From NCBI RefSeq assembly GCF_003010495.1, contig NZ_CP027570.1:390001-422000 (forward strand): 32,000 bases of DNA, written 5' to 3'. The notes under the pieces are model-generated. The model saw nothing but the letters and a program-made list of their open reading frames with translations, made no database searches and was not told the DNA's origin. The stretch is from Megasphaera elsdenii DSM 20460. Its GTDB lineage: Bacteria; Bacillota; Negativicutes; Veillonellales; Megasphaeraceae. Below are positions 8,560 to 16,212 of this stretch, in pieces; position 1 is the first letter of the stretch, and each line of letters opens with the position of its first letter. A program made the position numbers and the translations under genes.

Positions 8560-9736
8560 CTGCGGTATCGGATTGAATCGTCACGACGGCCTGCTGGTCA
8601 TCGTTGTGTTTGCTATTGTCCAGGTCGACAGGCGTTACCGTACCATTTTGGAGGCCGGCCTGCAAATCGCCTCCACTGCTCTGGGGAGCTGTATCCGTAT
8701 CAGTATAGGCCCCTGTATCGCCATTCCCGCTATTGTCGACGTCATTGTTGGCAACGGGCGCAAAGGACGGGACCTGTACGCCGCTGGCTGCCATATTGGC
8801 CGTCTTCATATTGTCCATGACGCCGTTTTCCTTGAATCCGACGACTTCGGCATTTTCCTTCGTTTCGGCATACATCGTCGTCCCTGCAGGAATATCGACT
8901 TCATTGCCATGGACGAAAAGACCGCCGACCAGGCCGACCGGGCCGAGGATGATGGCGCCAGCTGCTGACGCGCCGACAGCGCCGGCCGTCCGCTTATATT
9001 CTTCCTTGGTCTTATCGCCCACCGTAAGGGCTACCGGTGATCCATCGGCAGCGCGGACATTGTCATAAGTAATCTCAATCTTGCCATCTTTGCCAAAACG
9101 GCCCGACTTCCGGGCTTTCGTCACCGTCCCCGTCGCTTCCATGCCGCGAGGGATGGCGATGACATCGCCGACGCAGACGTCATCAGCCACGGCAAAGCGG
9201 ACGACGTCACCTTCCTGGATGGTCTTAGAATTGAGGGCATCGATATTAGTCATCGTCACCAGTGTATTGGCCGGGATCGTGACGGTCTGGGACACGTACT
9301 TCTTATTGCCCAGGAGTGCCTGGCGCAGGGACAGGACGCGGCCTTCCAGGGAACCGCTCAAGGTCTTGCCATCGATGCTCTGTTCCAGCGATTCCACCCG
9401 GACCAGAAGAGGTTCATCCGTAATCTGGCCGGAGTACTGCCACTGCATGAGATTGACTGCCGTCAGCAAAGATAAATCGGAACCCGAATTTCCATATACA
9501 TCTTTATATAAGGCATTGGTCTTGTCCTGCAGGCTGCCCGAAACGGTCGACTGCCCATTGAGCAGTTTGTCCAGGGCAGCAATACGGTCGTTCAAGGATC
9601 CAGTCTGCGTCGTCCCGTAGACCGTCGTTTCTACTTTATCCGCTTTTTCCAGAATCGTATAATTCGCTGCACTGGCAGCCATGGTCCCGCACAGGGCCAT
9701 GACCGCCAGGATGCAGGCAGCTTTCTTTTTCCACAT
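8543..9736 (-). CDS. Secreted/periplasmic hypothetical protein with three N-terminal GSLxD(R/K) repeats, a glycine-zipper segment and an Asn/Asp/Thr-rich tail
   Basis: The ORF-track start (9751) is a TTG. The ATG at 9736 (MWKKKAACIL) has a GGAGG RBS 7 nt upstream. Signal peptide ends at AASA-AN. The repeats are TGSLNDRIAALDKLLNG, SGSLQDKTNALYKDVYG and SGSLEGRVLSLRQALLG. The glycine zipper is GAVGASAAGAIILGPVGLVGG. The gene overlaps the LptD-like gene by 17 nt. Confidence 0.7.
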   Translation of the reverse strand: MWKKKAACILAVMALCGTMAASAANYTILEKADKVETTVYGTTQTGSLNDRIAALDKLLNGQSTVSGSLQDKTNALYKDVYGNSGSDLSLLTAVNLMQWQYSGQITDEPLLVRVESLEQSIDGKTLSGSLEGRVLSLRQALLGNKKYVSQTVTIPANTLVTMTNIDALNSKTIQEGDVVRFAVADDVCVGDVIAIPRGMEATGTVTKARKSGRFGKDGKIEITYDNVRAADGSPVALTVGDKTKEEYKRTAGAVGASAAGAIILGPVGLVGGLFVHGNEVDIPAGTTMYAETKENAEVVGFKENGVMDNMKTANMAASGVQVPSFAPVANNDVDNSGNGDTGAYTDTDTAPQSSGGDLQAGLQNGTVTPVDLDNSKHNDDQQAVVTIQSDTAGDANE

Positions 9737-9808
9737 AGGCGTAACCTCCAAATTTCAGTCTCATTTTATAATCATGATATCGTCTAGGCTTTTATGGATA
9801 CTATCTCC

Positions 9809-9837
9809 ATTATATAGGAGTGATGTCTAAATTGCAA
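9809..9837 (-). promoter_or_regulatory. Sigma-70-type promoter for the 397-aa/LptD-like gene pair
   Basis: The minus strand reads TTGCAA (9837-9832), a 17-nt spacer, then TATAAT (9814-9809), about 70 nt upstream of the ATG at 9736. Confidence 0.55.
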
Positions 9838-9920
9838 TAAAATTGACCGTGAATGGCCGGTTCTTCCCCGCCTCATTTAATTAATAATTATTTTCAATTA
9901 AAAGTTTTACAAAATTACTC

Positions 9921-9949
9921 TTGATTTTCCCCTATCGGTCTGTTATAAT
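9921..9949 (+). promoter_or_regulatory. Sigma-70-type promoter for rubrerythrin
   Basis: TTGATT (9921-9926), a 17-nt spacer, then TATAAT (9944-9949). Confidence 0.6.
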
Positions 9950-9957
9950 GTAGCCAT

Positions 9958-9978
9958 AACAAATAAAAGTTATTTGTT
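9958..9978 (+). promoter_or_regulatory. Perfect 9-bp inverted repeat AACAAATAA-aag-TTATTTGTT immediately downstream of the -10 (candidate operator)
   Basis: Read directly. The position overlaps the predicted transcription start, which is typical of a repressor site. A further 10-bp palindrome AATAATTATT lies at 9883-9892. Confidence 0.45.
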
Positions 9979-10034
9979 AGTATTCAGTTAATATCCATTT
10001 TATTCAAAATGTATTATAATATCAGGAGGAATGA

Positions 10035-10586
10035 ATGATGAAAAAATTTGTATGCGGCATCTGCGGTTTTGTTTATGAAGGTACGGAAGCTCCGGAAAAG
10101 TGTCCTCAGTGCGGCGCTCCGAAAGAAAAATTCACGGAACTCGTCGCTGGCGTCAAAGAATACGCTGACGAACATCGCGTAGGCGTTGCTAAAGGCGTCG
10201 ACGAACGCATCCTTGAAGGCCTCCGCCTCAACTTCACTGGTGAATGTTCCGAAGTCGGCATGTACCTCGCTATGAGCCGTGTCGCTGACCGCCAGGGCTA
10301 TCCGGAAGTCGCAGAAGCTTACAAACGCATCGCTTTCGAAGAAGCTGAACACGCTGCTAAATTCGCTGAACTCCTCGGCGAAGTCGTTACCGACGACACC
10401 AAGACCAACCTCGAAATGCGTGCTGCTGCTGAACAGGGCGCTTGCGCAGGCAAGAAAGAAATCGCCACCCTCGCTAAACAGCTCAACCTCGACGCTATCC
10501 ATGACACGGTTCATGAAATGGCAAAAGACGAAGCTCGCCACGGCCGTGTATTCGATGGCCTCCTGGCTCGTTACTTCGCAAAATAA
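10035..10586 (+). CDS. rbr: Reverse rubrerythrin (N-terminal rubredoxin-like CxxC...CxxC domain plus C-terminal ferritin-like di-iron domain)
   Basis: 183 aa. The N-terminus is [27 protein letters not shown]. Di-iron ExxH motifs are EEAEHAAKF and DEARHGRVF. An AGGAGG RBS lies 5 nt upstream. Confidence 0.9.
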   Translation: MMKKFVCGICGFVYEGTEAPEKCPQCGAPKEKFTELVAGVKEYADEHRVGVAKGVDERILEGLRLNFTGECSEVGMYLAMSRVADRQGYPEVAEAYKRIAFEEAEHAAKFAELLGEVVTDDTKTNLEMRAAAEQGACAGKKEIATLAKQLNLDAIHDTVHEMAKDEARHGRVFDGLLARYFAK

Positions 10587-10607
10587 TCCGTTTAGGAATG
10601 CAAAAAA

Positions 10608-10771
10608 GGGGCTTGTCGCATGACGACAAGTCCCTTTTTGAGTATTAAGTTTTCAGTTTATAGTTTTTAGTGAAGGTTTTTAAATTTAAAGCTATCTTCT
10701 ACAAACGCCGTACTACAAACTATGAAGCAAAAGGGCCCTGCATGATGGCAAAAACCTTCGTGCGACAGCCC
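10608..10771. repeat. Composite intergenic element, copy B (between convergent rbr and the LysR gene)
   Basis: Hairpin 1 is GGGGCTTGTCG-catga-CGACAAGTCCC (10608-10634), flanked by A6 and T5, giving a bidirectional terminator. Heptads GAGTATT AAGTTTT CAGTTTA TAGTTTT TAGTGAA occupy 10640-10674. CTACAAA units occur at 10699 and 10713. Hairpin 2 is 10733-10771 and contains CATGATGGCAAAAACCTTCGTG. The element is collinear with 6874-7045. Confidence 0.8.
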
Positions 10772-10782
10772 TTTTTTTACAC

Positions 10783-11706
10783 TCACCCAGCGACATCGCA
10801 GATGACGCTGATGACGGCTTTGTCCGCCTTGGACAAATAGCGTCCCCGCTTATAGGCCAGGACGACGTCCCAATCGTCCAAATAGGCCCGCAGGGAAAAA
10901 TACTTCGGTTCCACGGCCGGCGTATTGGCTACAGCCAGGCCGCCCGGTACGATAGCCGCGCCGACGCCGATGCCGGCCAGGGTCTGCGCCGTGGCCATGT
11001 CCGTCGTTTCCAGAGCCACGGTCGGCGATATATCCAGGGCTTCGACAAGGGAAAAAAAGGAATGGCGCAGTTCCTGCCCTTCTTTCATGACCAGGAAAGG
11101 ATGGCCGTCAAGGCTATGATAATCAAAGGCCGGGTAGCGGGAGTGGCGCTTCTTATCATACAGCGGTTCCCGTTCCAGGTCCCAGGCCGGTGAGATGGCC
11201 AGGAGCAGTTCTTCCTGGAAAAGCTCAACATATTCCAAATCCGAATGGCCGGCCGTCCTGACGACGATGGAAAAATCCGTCTTCCCTTGGAGGGCGAAAT
11301 CTTCCAGTTCCCGCGTCGTCCCTTCTTCCAGGCAGATATCGATATGCGGATAGCGTTCATTGATGACAGGGATCGCCTTGGCCAGTATCGTCGAACTCCG
11401 ATAATTGGAACTGCCAATGCGCACGGTCCCGCCAATGGTCTGCCCCAAATCCTGGATCCGTTGTTCCCGTACTTTACACAATTCCTGTATCTGTCCTTCG
11501 ATGTCCAGATAAATCCGCCCGGCTTCCGTCAAGGTCACGGGCTGATGGGAACGGTCAAAGAGTTCGGCTCCGATATGGCGCTCGATACGGCGGATGAACT
11601 GGCTCAACGACGGCTGGGTGATATATAATTTGTCTGCTGCCGCCAGGAAACTCCCTGTTTCGGCAATTTTACGGACATATTCATATTCTCTTCTTTCAAA
11701 ATCCAT
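10783..11706 (-). CDS. LysR-family transcriptional regulator
   Basis: N-terminal HTH (ETGSFLAAADKLYITQPSLSQFIRRIE) followed by a periplasmic-binding-like effector domain. I moved the start to the ATG at 11706 (MDFERRE), which has an AAGGAG RBS 6 nt upstream. The track ORF starts at 11724. Confidence 0.85.
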   Translation of the reverse strand: MDFERREYEYVRKIAETGSFLAAADKLYITQPSLSQFIRRIERHIGAELFDRSHQPVTLTEAGRIYLDIEGQIQELCKVREQRIQDLGQTIGGTVRIGSSNYRSSTILAKAIPVINERYPHIDICLEEGTTRELEDFALQGKTDFSIVVRTAGHSDLEYVELFQEELLLAISPAWDLEREPLYDKKRHSRYPAFDYHSLDGHPFLVMKEGQELRHSFFSLVEALDISPTVALETTDMATAQTLAGIGVGAAIVPGGLAVANTPAVEPKYFSLRAYLDDWDVVLAYKRGRYLSKADKAVISVICDVAG

Positions 11707-11746
11707 AAGCTCTCCTTTATGCAATAAAAATACTTCGCATACCTAA

Positions 11747-11766
11747 TTATAACGCAAAAACTATAA
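11747..11766. promoter_or_regulatory. Possible LysR-type binding site in the divergent intergenic region (TTATA-N10-TATAA dyad; TATAAC direct repeat)
   Basis: The dyad TTATAacgcaaaaacTATAA was read directly. It lies between the divergent LysR and Usp genes. Support comes from the sequence pattern only. Confidence 0.3.
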
Positions 11767-11843
11767 CTCGTATACGACAAAACCACTTTGACGCCAGCCT
11801 CCTTCGAGATTATCCTAAAGATACCCTTGAAGGAGGTATTTTC

Positions 11844-12743
11844 ATGAAATCATATCATCATATCCTCGTCCCCATCGACGGGTCTGATTATGCAAAACAA
11901 GCCTTACAACATGCCATCGATATTGCCAAACTGACCGGCGCTTCGATTACGCTGCTGAACGTCGCCAATATGGCCGACATCATCAATCAGTTCAGTCAAA
12001 TGGAAAATACGAGCGAATTGACAATAGACGAACTCTCCGCAACTGCTCAAGTCAACAGTACGGGCTTATTGAAAGAATTCGCCAGCCTGGTCCCGACGTC
12101 GATTCCGGTCCAATCCCTTTTTGAACTCAGTGCCCCGGAAGTATCGATTCTACAAGAACAAAAAGCTTTGCCAGCCGACCTCATCTGCATGGGCCGCGGC
12201 AGTAAACAGCCTCTCAAGAATTTCCTGCTCGGCAGTGTCAGCACCTATGTCATTACCCACGCACCGTGCCCGGTCCTCCTGGCTCACGACGAAAAGAAGG
12301 GGCCGTACCGTCACATCCTGGTACCCGTAGACGGCTCGGAATCATCGCTCCAGGCCCTGAAGCAGGCCGAAATCCTGGCCAAGGGAGATCAGGCTTCGCT
12401 GACCGTCCTTTACGTCGCCAGCATCAGCGACAGCCTGCACGATACAGCAGTCCCCGATACGATGGAACCGCATAAACTACAGGAACTGGCAGCCCACATG
12501 CGGTCCAAAGGCCATAACGCCTTCCTGCGCTGCCAGGAACAACTATCGTCTGACCTCCCCTTACAATGTCTTTATAAAATCGGCTCTCCCGGCCCGGTCA
12601 TCTTGCAGACCGCAGCCGATATTGATACAGACCTCATCGTCATGGGCAGCCGCGGCCTGAACCGCATCCAAAGCGTCCTCTTAGGCAGCGTCGGCCGTTA
12701 CGTGGCCTCTCATTCCGGTCTGCCCGTCCTCATCATCCGCTAA
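11844..12743 (+). CDS. Tandem universal stress protein (two UspA domains)
   Basis: 299 aa. The motif HILVP(I/V)DGS appears twice (residues ~5 and ~155), and each half ends in G(S/R)RG...LGSV...PVL(L/I), typical of ATP-binding Usp domains. An AGGAGG RBS is present. Confidence 0.85.
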   Translation: MKSYHHILVPIDGSDYAKQALQHAIDIAKLTGASITLLNVANMADIINQFSQMENTSELTIDELSATAQVNSTGLLKEFASLVPTSIPVQSLFELSAPEVSILQEQKALPADLICMGRGSKQPLKNFLLGSVSTYVITHAPCPVLLAHDEKKGPYRHILVPVDGSESSLQALKQAEILAKGDQASLTVLYVASISDSLHDTAVPDTMEPHKLQELAAHMRSKGHNAFLRCQEQLSSDLPLQCLYKIGSPGPVILQTAADIDTDLIVMGSRGLNRIQSVLLGSVGRYVASHSGLPVLIIR

Positions 12744-12770
12744 CAGCGGCTTCATTCATTTTCTCAGGAG

Positions 12771-14177
12771 ATGATACCCTTGAATACACTCGTACATAAA
12801 GCCCAAAAAGAATCGGTCGCCCTGCTGGTCAACCGCATCATGGCCGAAAAAAATCCCGAAGACCGCAAGAAAACCTTGAAACGCCTAACGACAATCATGG
12901 AAACGTTCTTCGGCGATTTATTTGAAAAAGAATCGTTCGACAAGGCCCGCAAGCTCATCGACGAAGATGGCAAGTGGTTCCAGTTCCTCAACCGCGCCTT
13001 GGACACCTTGAATCCCAATGTCGTCCGCACCGCCGTCATGGACCTCGGTTTTGAATCAGGCTTCTACGGCCTGCGCACGCGGGATGCAGCCAAAGCCAAA
13101 TACCACTGCAACATCCCCTGGGCCATCCTCTTCGACCCGACGAGTGCCTGCAACCTGCACTGCATCGGCTGCTGGGCTGCGGAATACGGCCACACGCTGA
13201 ACCTGTCTTATGAAGTCATGGACAAAATCGTAAGCCAGGGGAAAGAAGTCGGCTGTCATTTCTACCTCCTCACCGGCGGCGAACCGCTGGTCCGCAAGGC
13301 CGATATCCTGAAACTCTGCCGGAAGCATCCGGACTGTGAGTTCCACGCCTTCACGAACGGCACCCTCATCGACGACGATTTCTGCCAAGAAGTCGTCAAA
13401 GTCGGCAATCTGAGCTTCTCCCTCAGCGTCGAAGGCTTCCGCGAAGTCAATGACAGCCGCCGCGGCCCAGGCGTCTTCGACAGGGTCATGCATGCCATGG
13501 ACCTGCTGCGCCAGTACGGCATCGTCTTCGGTACGTCGATCTGCTACACCCGCAAAAATATCCAGACCGTCACGTCGGACAAATTCTTGGACCTCCTCAT
13601 CAGCAAAGGCGCCTGGTTCACTTGGTACTTCCACTACATGCCCGTCGGCAACGACGCTTCTATCGATTTATTGCCCACGCCGGAACAGCGGGCCTATATG
13701 GTACGCCGCATCCGTGAAATCCGCAGCGTCAAAGGCGGCAAGCCGATATTCGCCATCGACTTCCAGAACGACGGCCAATTCATCGACGGCTGTGTCGCCG
13801 GCGGCCGCAATTATTGCCATATCAATCCCAACGGCGACGTCGAACCGTGCGTCTTCATCCACTACTCCAGCGCCAACATCAACGACCAGGACCTCATCCC
13901 CTGTCTCCAGCAGCCCCTGTTCCAAGAATATGCCAAAGGACAGCCCTTCAACCATAATCACCTCCGCCCCTGCCCGATGCTGGAAAATCCCCAGGCCCTC
14001 ATCGATATGGTCAAACGGACAGGCGCCAAATCGACAGACATGCAGTCCCCGGAATCGGTAGAACATCTCTGCGCCAAATGTCAGGCCTATGCCAAACATT
14101 GGCAGCCGGCAGCCGATAAATTATGGACTGACATCATCCAGGCCGATAAAAAACAGACAGAACAGGAAATCTCGTAA
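12771..14177 (+). CDS. Radical SAM enzyme with a Cys-containing C-terminal auxiliary (SPASM/twitch-like) region; function unknown
   Basis: 468 aa with CxxxCxxC (SACNLHCIGCWA), a GGEPL SAM-binding motif, and downstream cysteines (GCVAGGRNYCHINPNGDVEPC, RPCP, CAKC). AGGAG abuts the ATG at 12771, so the in-frame TTG at 12780 is an alternative start. Confidence 0.8.
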   Translation: MIPLNTLVHKAQKESVALLVNRIMAEKNPEDRKKTLKRLTTIMETFFGDLFEKESFDKARKLIDEDGKWFQFLNRALDTLNPNVVRTAVMDLGFESGFYGLRTRDAAKAKYHCNIPWAILFDPTSACNLHCIGCWAAEYGHTLNLSYEVMDKIVSQGKEVGCHFYLLTGGEPLVRKADILKLCRKHPDCEFHAFTNGTLIDDDFCQEVVKVGNLSFSLSVEGFREVNDSRRGPGVFDRVMHAMDLLRQYGIVFGTSICYTRKNIQTVTSDKFLDLLISKGAWFTWYFHYMPVGNDASIDLLPTPEQRAYMVRRIREIRSVKGGKPIFAIDFQNDGQFIDGCVAGGRNYCHINPNGDVEPCVFIHYSSANINDQDLIPCLQQPLFQEYAKGQPFNHNHLRPCPMLENPQALIDMVKRTGAKSTDMQSPESVEHLCAKCQAYAKHWQPAADKLWTDIIQADKKQTEQEIS

Positions 14178-14230
14178 GCCCTTCATGGATATCCAAAAGG
14201 GTGAGGCAATAACTTTTAAATTTTGTCCCA

Positions 14231-14265
14231 TCCACATCAAACTTTCAACTTCAAACTTCAAACTC
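14231..14265 (-). repeat. Heptad array, reverse-complement copy of the GAGTTTG/AAGTTGA module
   Basis: The minus strand reads GAGTTTG AAGTTTG AAGTTGA AAGTTTG ATGTGGA immediately after the terminator T-run. The order matches 4302-4341 and 23239-23264. Confidence 0.8.
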
Positions 14266-14322
14266 AAAAAAGAGGCTGTCGCATTATGCATTTTTTTGCT
14301 TAATGCGATAGCCTCTTTTTTA
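14266..14322. terminator. Bidirectional terminator between the convergent radical-SAM and TVP38 genes
   Basis: The 16-bp stem is AGAGGCTGTCGCATTA (14271-14286) paired with TAATGCGATAGCCTCT (14301-14316), with one G-T pair. It is flanked by an A-run and a T-run. The TVP38 stop codon sits in the T-run. Confidence 0.8.
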
Positions 14323-15018
14323 CATTCCGCTATGATAGCGGTTTTTTTTTATGTGGCGTTTGCGCCACCAGATGATACCGTAGATGATAGATACCAGGGC
14401 CAGCAGGATGAGCAGGCGGCCCCAATGTTCCTGGATGCGCAGGAGATCATGGCCCAGCCAGACTTCGACCAGGACAGCCGGCATCTTGCCAAAGAAGTTG
14501 GCAATGAAATGGTCACGGTAAGAAATATGGCTCAAGGCACTGAAAGCAGTGACGACGACATTCGGCGCATACGGGATGGCCCGGCCCATCATGACTGTCT
14601 TGATGCAGCTATAGGAATCGAGTTTTTCCAGCATCTTGCTCTTGGAAATGACTTTCTGTGCCTGTTTGCGGAGCAGCGTCCGAGTCAGACGGAAACTGAT
14701 TTCAATGCCGATGACTTCCCCAATCCAGGAAATGATGATGCCCGGGATGAGGCCGAAAATGATCCCATTGACCGTCAAGAAAGGAATGGACGGCAGGCCA
14801 ATGGCATTGACAAAGGCAATCATGAAAATACTGATGCCGATAGCATAGAAGCCAAAAGAAGCAATGTAATCGGCTAACCCATCCAAGTCGCCGCTGACAG
14901 TCAGATGCCACATGATGGAATAAAAATCAGGTGCCATGAGCTGAATCGACAAAAACATCACGATGACGAGCAGACCCCCGCCGATATGAAGGAGCCAGCC
15001 TAAATATTTATCATTCAT
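14320..15018 (-). CDS. TVP38/TMEM64 (DedA-related) family membrane protein
   Basis: 232 aa and polytopic. It has the family-typical segment IPFLTVNGIIFGLIPGIIISWIGEVIGIEISF and a basic C-terminal tail. Confidence 0.75.
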   Translation of the reverse strand: MNDKYLGWLLHIGGGLLVIVMFLSIQLMAPDFYSIMWHLTVSGDLDGLADYIASFGFYAIGISIFMIAFVNAIGLPSIPFLTVNGIIFGLIPGIIISWIGEVIGIEISFRLTRTLLRKQAQKVISKSKMLEKLDSYSCIKTVMMGRAIPYAPNVVVTAFSALSHISYRDHFIANFFGKMPAVLVEVWLGHDLLRIQEHWGRLLILLALVSIIYGIIWWRKRHIKKNRYHSGM

Positions 15019-15063
15019 AGAAATACGGTCCTCACGTAATAATGAATTTTTTCGTACCCTTTA

Positions 15064-16137
15064 TTATACCATATCTTCCGGTTCCCTGTCTGCTATGAGC
15101 TTCACTTTTTCCGCCTGTCCCAGGCGCTGGCTCAGGACGAGGAAGTCGTCGAGCTTCTGCCGGGCCAGGCCGCTGTCGATGAGGCGGGCCGCCTTGCGGA
15201 TGCCGGCATAGAGATTGAGGACGCTGCCGCCGACGTAGAGGCCAGCGCCTGCGTTGAGGAGGACTGCCGTCCGGGCCCCGCCCTTGTGTCCATCGAGGAC
15301 GGCACGGGTAATGGCCGCGTTATGCTTCGGCAGGCCGCCGCGCAGTTCATCGCGCGAAGCCCTGGGCAGGTTGAAATCTTCCGGCCTGATTTCATACGTC
15401 GAAAACGATTCCGGCGTAAATTCACAGATCGTCGTCGCCGCAGACGCCGAAATTTCATCACTGCCATCCTGGCCATAGACAACCATGCCGTGACGGACAC
15501 CGAGGGCAGCCAGGACATGAGCCATGGGCTCGACCAGATGCGGTGCATTGACGCCGAGGATCTCATATACGGCGTGAGCCGGATTGGTCAAAGGCCGCAG
15601 GACATCGAAGACAGTATAAATGCCCAACTGTTCGCGGACAGCATCGATGCGTTTCATCATGTAGTAGTAATACCGCGTATAAAAATAACAAAGGCCGATC
15701 TGTTGGAGCATGTCCAGACAACTTTCGGGACTGAGGAAGATATTGGCCCCCAAGGCCTCCAGGACATCGGCCGACCCGCTGCGAGACGTCTTGGCCCGAT
15801 TGCCATGCTTGGCGACGCGGACGCCGCCGGCGGCGATGACGAACGATGCCGTCGTCGAGATATTGAAGGTCTTAGTCCGGCCGCCGCCAGTACCGACGAT
15901 ATCGAAGACGTCCATCGTGCAGGGAACGTGCATACTATATTGCCGCATAGTCCGGGCAAAAGCCGTGATTTCTTCTTCCGACGCGCCTTTCGTCGTCAAG
16001 GCTGCTAAAAAACCGGCCAACTGGACATCAGAAATCGTCCCTTCCATAATCTGCTCCATGACGATGGAACTTTCCCGCTGGTTAAGGTCCTTTCCCTTAG
16101 TAATGGTTTTCAGTAAACTGGTCAGCATCATACTCAC
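15064..16137 (-). CDS. Anthranilate phosphoribosyltransferase (TrpD) family paralogue, divergent and orphan
   Basis: 357 aa. It retains KHGNR, SGSADVLEALG and DGSDE, but has GTGGG in place of GTGGD and YYYYMMK...IYTVFDVLRPLTNPA in place of the usual HPAMK...RTxFNxLGPLxNPA. No other trp genes are in the window. Confidence 0.7.
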   Translation of the reverse strand: MSMMLTSLLKTITKGKDLNQRESSIVMEQIMEGTISDVQLAGFLAALTTKGASEEEITAFARTMRQYSMHVPCTMDVFDIVGTGGGRTKTFNISTTASFVIAAGGVRVAKHGNRAKTSRSGSADVLEALGANIFLSPESCLDMLQQIGLCYFYTRYYYYMMKRIDAVREQLGIYTVFDVLRPLTNPAHAVYEILGVNAPHLVEPMAHVLAALGVRHGMVVYGQDGSDEISASAATTICEFTPESFSTYEIRPEDFNLPRASRDELRGGLPKHNAAITRAVLDGHKGGARTAVLLNAGAGLYVGGSVLNLYAGIRKAARLIDSGLARQKLDDFLVLSQRLGQAEKVKLIADREPEDMV

Positions 16138-16174
16138 CTCCGCCTGAAAAAACGGAACCGTACTATTCCCTTTT

Positions 16175-16183
16175 ATTATAGCA
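16175..16183 (-). promoter_or_regulatory. Possible extended -10 (TGcTATAAT) upstream of the TrpD-like gene
   Basis: The minus strand reads TGCTATAAT, 38 nt upstream of the ATG. There is no convincing -35. Confidence 0.3.
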
Positions 16184-16212
16184 TATTATGCCCATCAGCG
16201 CCGCAAAAAGGC

